The notes below the pieces were generated by a model that did no database searches, was not told where the DNA came from, and saw nothing but the letters and a program-made list of their open reading frames with translations. Source: a bacterium (GTDB lineage Bacteria; Bacillota; Clostridia; Christensenellales; Aristaeellaceae). Taken from it: 64,000 bases of DNA. The stretch covers positions 4,066-68,065 of the forward strand of contig JAQXJZ010000109.1 in assembly GCA_029009515.1 (NCBI GenBank), read 5' to 3'. Position numbers and translations under genes: made by a program. Positions 62,612 to 64,000 of this stretch are shown piece after piece (the stretch's first letter is position 1; each line of letters begins with the position of its first letter).

Positions 62612-64000
62612 ATGAAAACTCAGGTGCTTTTGCCTACGGATGAGGCTGTTGCTTATGCTGCGCAGGTGCTGCGCGAGGGCGGTCTGGTGGGCATGCCCAC
62701 GGAGACCGTGTACGGTCTTGCGGCTAATGCGCTGGATGAAGAGGCTGTGCGCGGCATTTTTGCCGCAAAGGGCCGTCCGGCGGATAATCCGCTCATTGTG
62801 CACGTCAACAGCATCGAGGAAGCTGAAAAGCTGTGCATCATCAGCGATGCTTCGCGCGTGCTCATGCAGCACTTCTGCCCCGGCCCGCTCACCGTCATCA
62901 TGCCGCGCCGCTCCTGCGTGCCGGATGTGGTGACTGCCGGTCTGGATACGGTGGCCATCCGCATCCCTTCGCATCCCGTGGCGCGCAGCCTGATCGCCCA
63001 AAGCGGTCTGCCCATCGCCGCGCCCAGCGCCAACACGTCCGGCAAGCCCAGCCCCACCACCGCCCAGCATGTGTATCACGATCTGGACGGAAAACTGCCC
63101 GTCATTCTGGATGGCGGCGAATGCGATGTGGGGCTGGAAAGCACGGTCATCACCATGGCTGGCGACATGCCAACCGTGCTGCGTCCGGGCGGCATCACCC
63201 CGGAAATGCTGCTCACAGTGCTGCCCGAAGTGCGCGTGGCAGACAGCGTGCTCCGTCCGCTCAAGCAGGGCGAAAAAGCCCTCTCCCCCGGCATGATGTA
63301 CAAGCACTACGCGCCCGGCGGCATGCTGACCATGGTGAAGGGCGAGCAAAGCAATGTGCAGCGCTGCTGCCTCAGGCTGTATGACGAGGCCAAAGCAGAT
63401 GGCAAGAGCGTGCGCATTCTGGCGTTCGAGGAACATCTGGACGCCTACAAGAGTGCAGAGGTGCTCTCCATCGGCCGCCTGAGCGAACCGGAGACGGTCA
63501 GCCACAAGCTGTTTGCCATCCTGCGTCAGATGGACGACGAAGGCGTCGACGTGCTCTACAGCGAGATCCTGCCCGCCGAAGGTCTCGGTCTGGCCATCAT
63601 GAACCGTCTGAGCCGCGCGGCTGGTTTCCGCACCATTGATGCGGACGTGACCGATCCCTTTCTGGACGTGAGCGGCCTCACCGACGGCGAGATCACCCTT
63701 TCGCTGGATCGTACAGCGCCCGGCATGCCTGAAAAGAACTGGCTGCCCGCATACCACTTTGCCATCTGCGATATGCACGGCGTACGCATGGGCAAGTGTG
63801 ATCTGAGAATCGGCCATAACGACATGGTTTATTTTGGCGGAAACATCGGCTACGAGTTGCTCGAAGAATACCGCGGCCATCACTACGCTGCCAAAGCCTG
63901 CCGCCTGCTGTTCCAGCTGGCAAAGAAACACGGCATGGACTACGTGATCATCACCTGCGCGCCCGACAATCTGCCTTCCCGCAAAACGCTGGAAGGGCTG
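62612..64000 (+). CDS. tsaC: L-threonylcarbamoyladenylate synthase (Sua5/TsaC2) fused in frame to a GNAT domain; 3' end outside window
   Basis: Not in the ORF track because no stop falls inside the window. Hand translation from ATG 62612 is open for 463 codons: YrdC motifs PTETVYGLAANA, KGRPADNPLIVH and SANTSGKPSPT; a Sua5 C-domain to ...NRLSRAAGF; then GNAT-like GNIGYELLEEYRGHHYAAKA. Confidence 0.85.
   Translation, partial: MKTQVLLPTDEAVAYAAQVLREGGLVGMPTETVYGLAANALDEEAVRGIFAAKGRPADNPLIVHVNSIEEAEKLCIISDASRVLMQHFCPGPLTVIMPRRSCVPDVVTAGLDTVAIRIPSHPVARSLIAQSGLPIAAPSANTSGKPSPTTAQHVYHDLDGKLPVILDGGECDVGLESTVITMAGDMPTVLRPGGITPEMLLTVLPEVRVADSVLRPLKQGEKALSPGMMYKHYAPGGMLTMVKGEQSNVQRCCLRLYDEAKADGKSVRILAFEEHLDAYKSAEVLSIGRLSEPETVSHKLFAILRQMDDEGVDVLYSEILPAEGLGLAIMNRLSRAAGFRTIDADVTDPFLDVSGLTDGEITLSLDRTAPGMPEKNWLPAYHFAICDMHGVRMGKCDLRIGHNDMVYFGGNIGYELLEEYRGHHYAAKACRLLFQLAKKHGMDYVIITCAPDNLPSRKTLEGL

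Noticed and set aside
62594-63931. 445-aa minus-strand ORF at the right end of the window
   Set aside because: The opposite (plus) frame from 62612 encodes an unmistakable Sua5/YrdC protein. That frame is missing from the track only because it has no stop inside the window. The minus ORF is its shadow.

Overview
GC-rich chromosomal segment that reads like a saccharolytic Gram-positive, Clostridia-type genome (taxonomy is inference only). Left to right: (1) sbcC 3' end and plsY. (2) A minus-strand maltodextrin-type ABC operon (SBP, MalF-like, MalG-like, MsmK ATPase), preceded by an M20 dipeptidase translationally coupled to a GH13 amylase. (3) A LacI-headed plus-strand operon: GH31, GH65, two permeases, SBP, GH125-like. 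(4) glgA with a C-terminal SCP2-like extension. (5) A yeiH/lysR pair. (6) MFS, EamA, flavodoxin-like and serine-hydrolase genes, with two truncated gene relics. (7) A pectin-oligosaccharide locus: LplBC-type permeases, a short SBP, GH105, an SGNH esterase. (8) A ~1.9-kb fossil of a mobilizable element: DUF3847 fragment, oriT-like hairpin, and a frameshifted MobQ relaxase whose catalytic Tyr is replaced. (9) A second LplABC-type CAZyme locus: GH31, a clan GH-A enzyme, two DUF1680/GH127-type genes and an AraC regulator; one GH127 gene is broken by three homopolymer frameshifts. (10) A tRNA-fMet/tRNA-Met pair. (11) A CHAP hydrolase, rubrerythrin and two MATE pumps. (12) A tightly packed purC-capE-GNAT-MATE-lactonase-SDR gene string. 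(13) The rpmE-DUF1385-prmC-prfA-sua5 block, with sua5 fused to a GNAT domain and running off the window (not in the ORF track). No CRISPR, rRNA, intact integrase/transposase or recognisable defence system was seen. The most unusual signal is non-coding. It is a family of modular hairpin mosaics placed just after stop codons, found at four loci. Two of them are ~0.3-kb inverted copies that share a 59-nt core and end in CTTCA-phased tandem repeats immediately upstream of the next gene's Shine-Dalgarno. Many long ORFs in the track are antisense shadows of real genes, as expected at this GC content.
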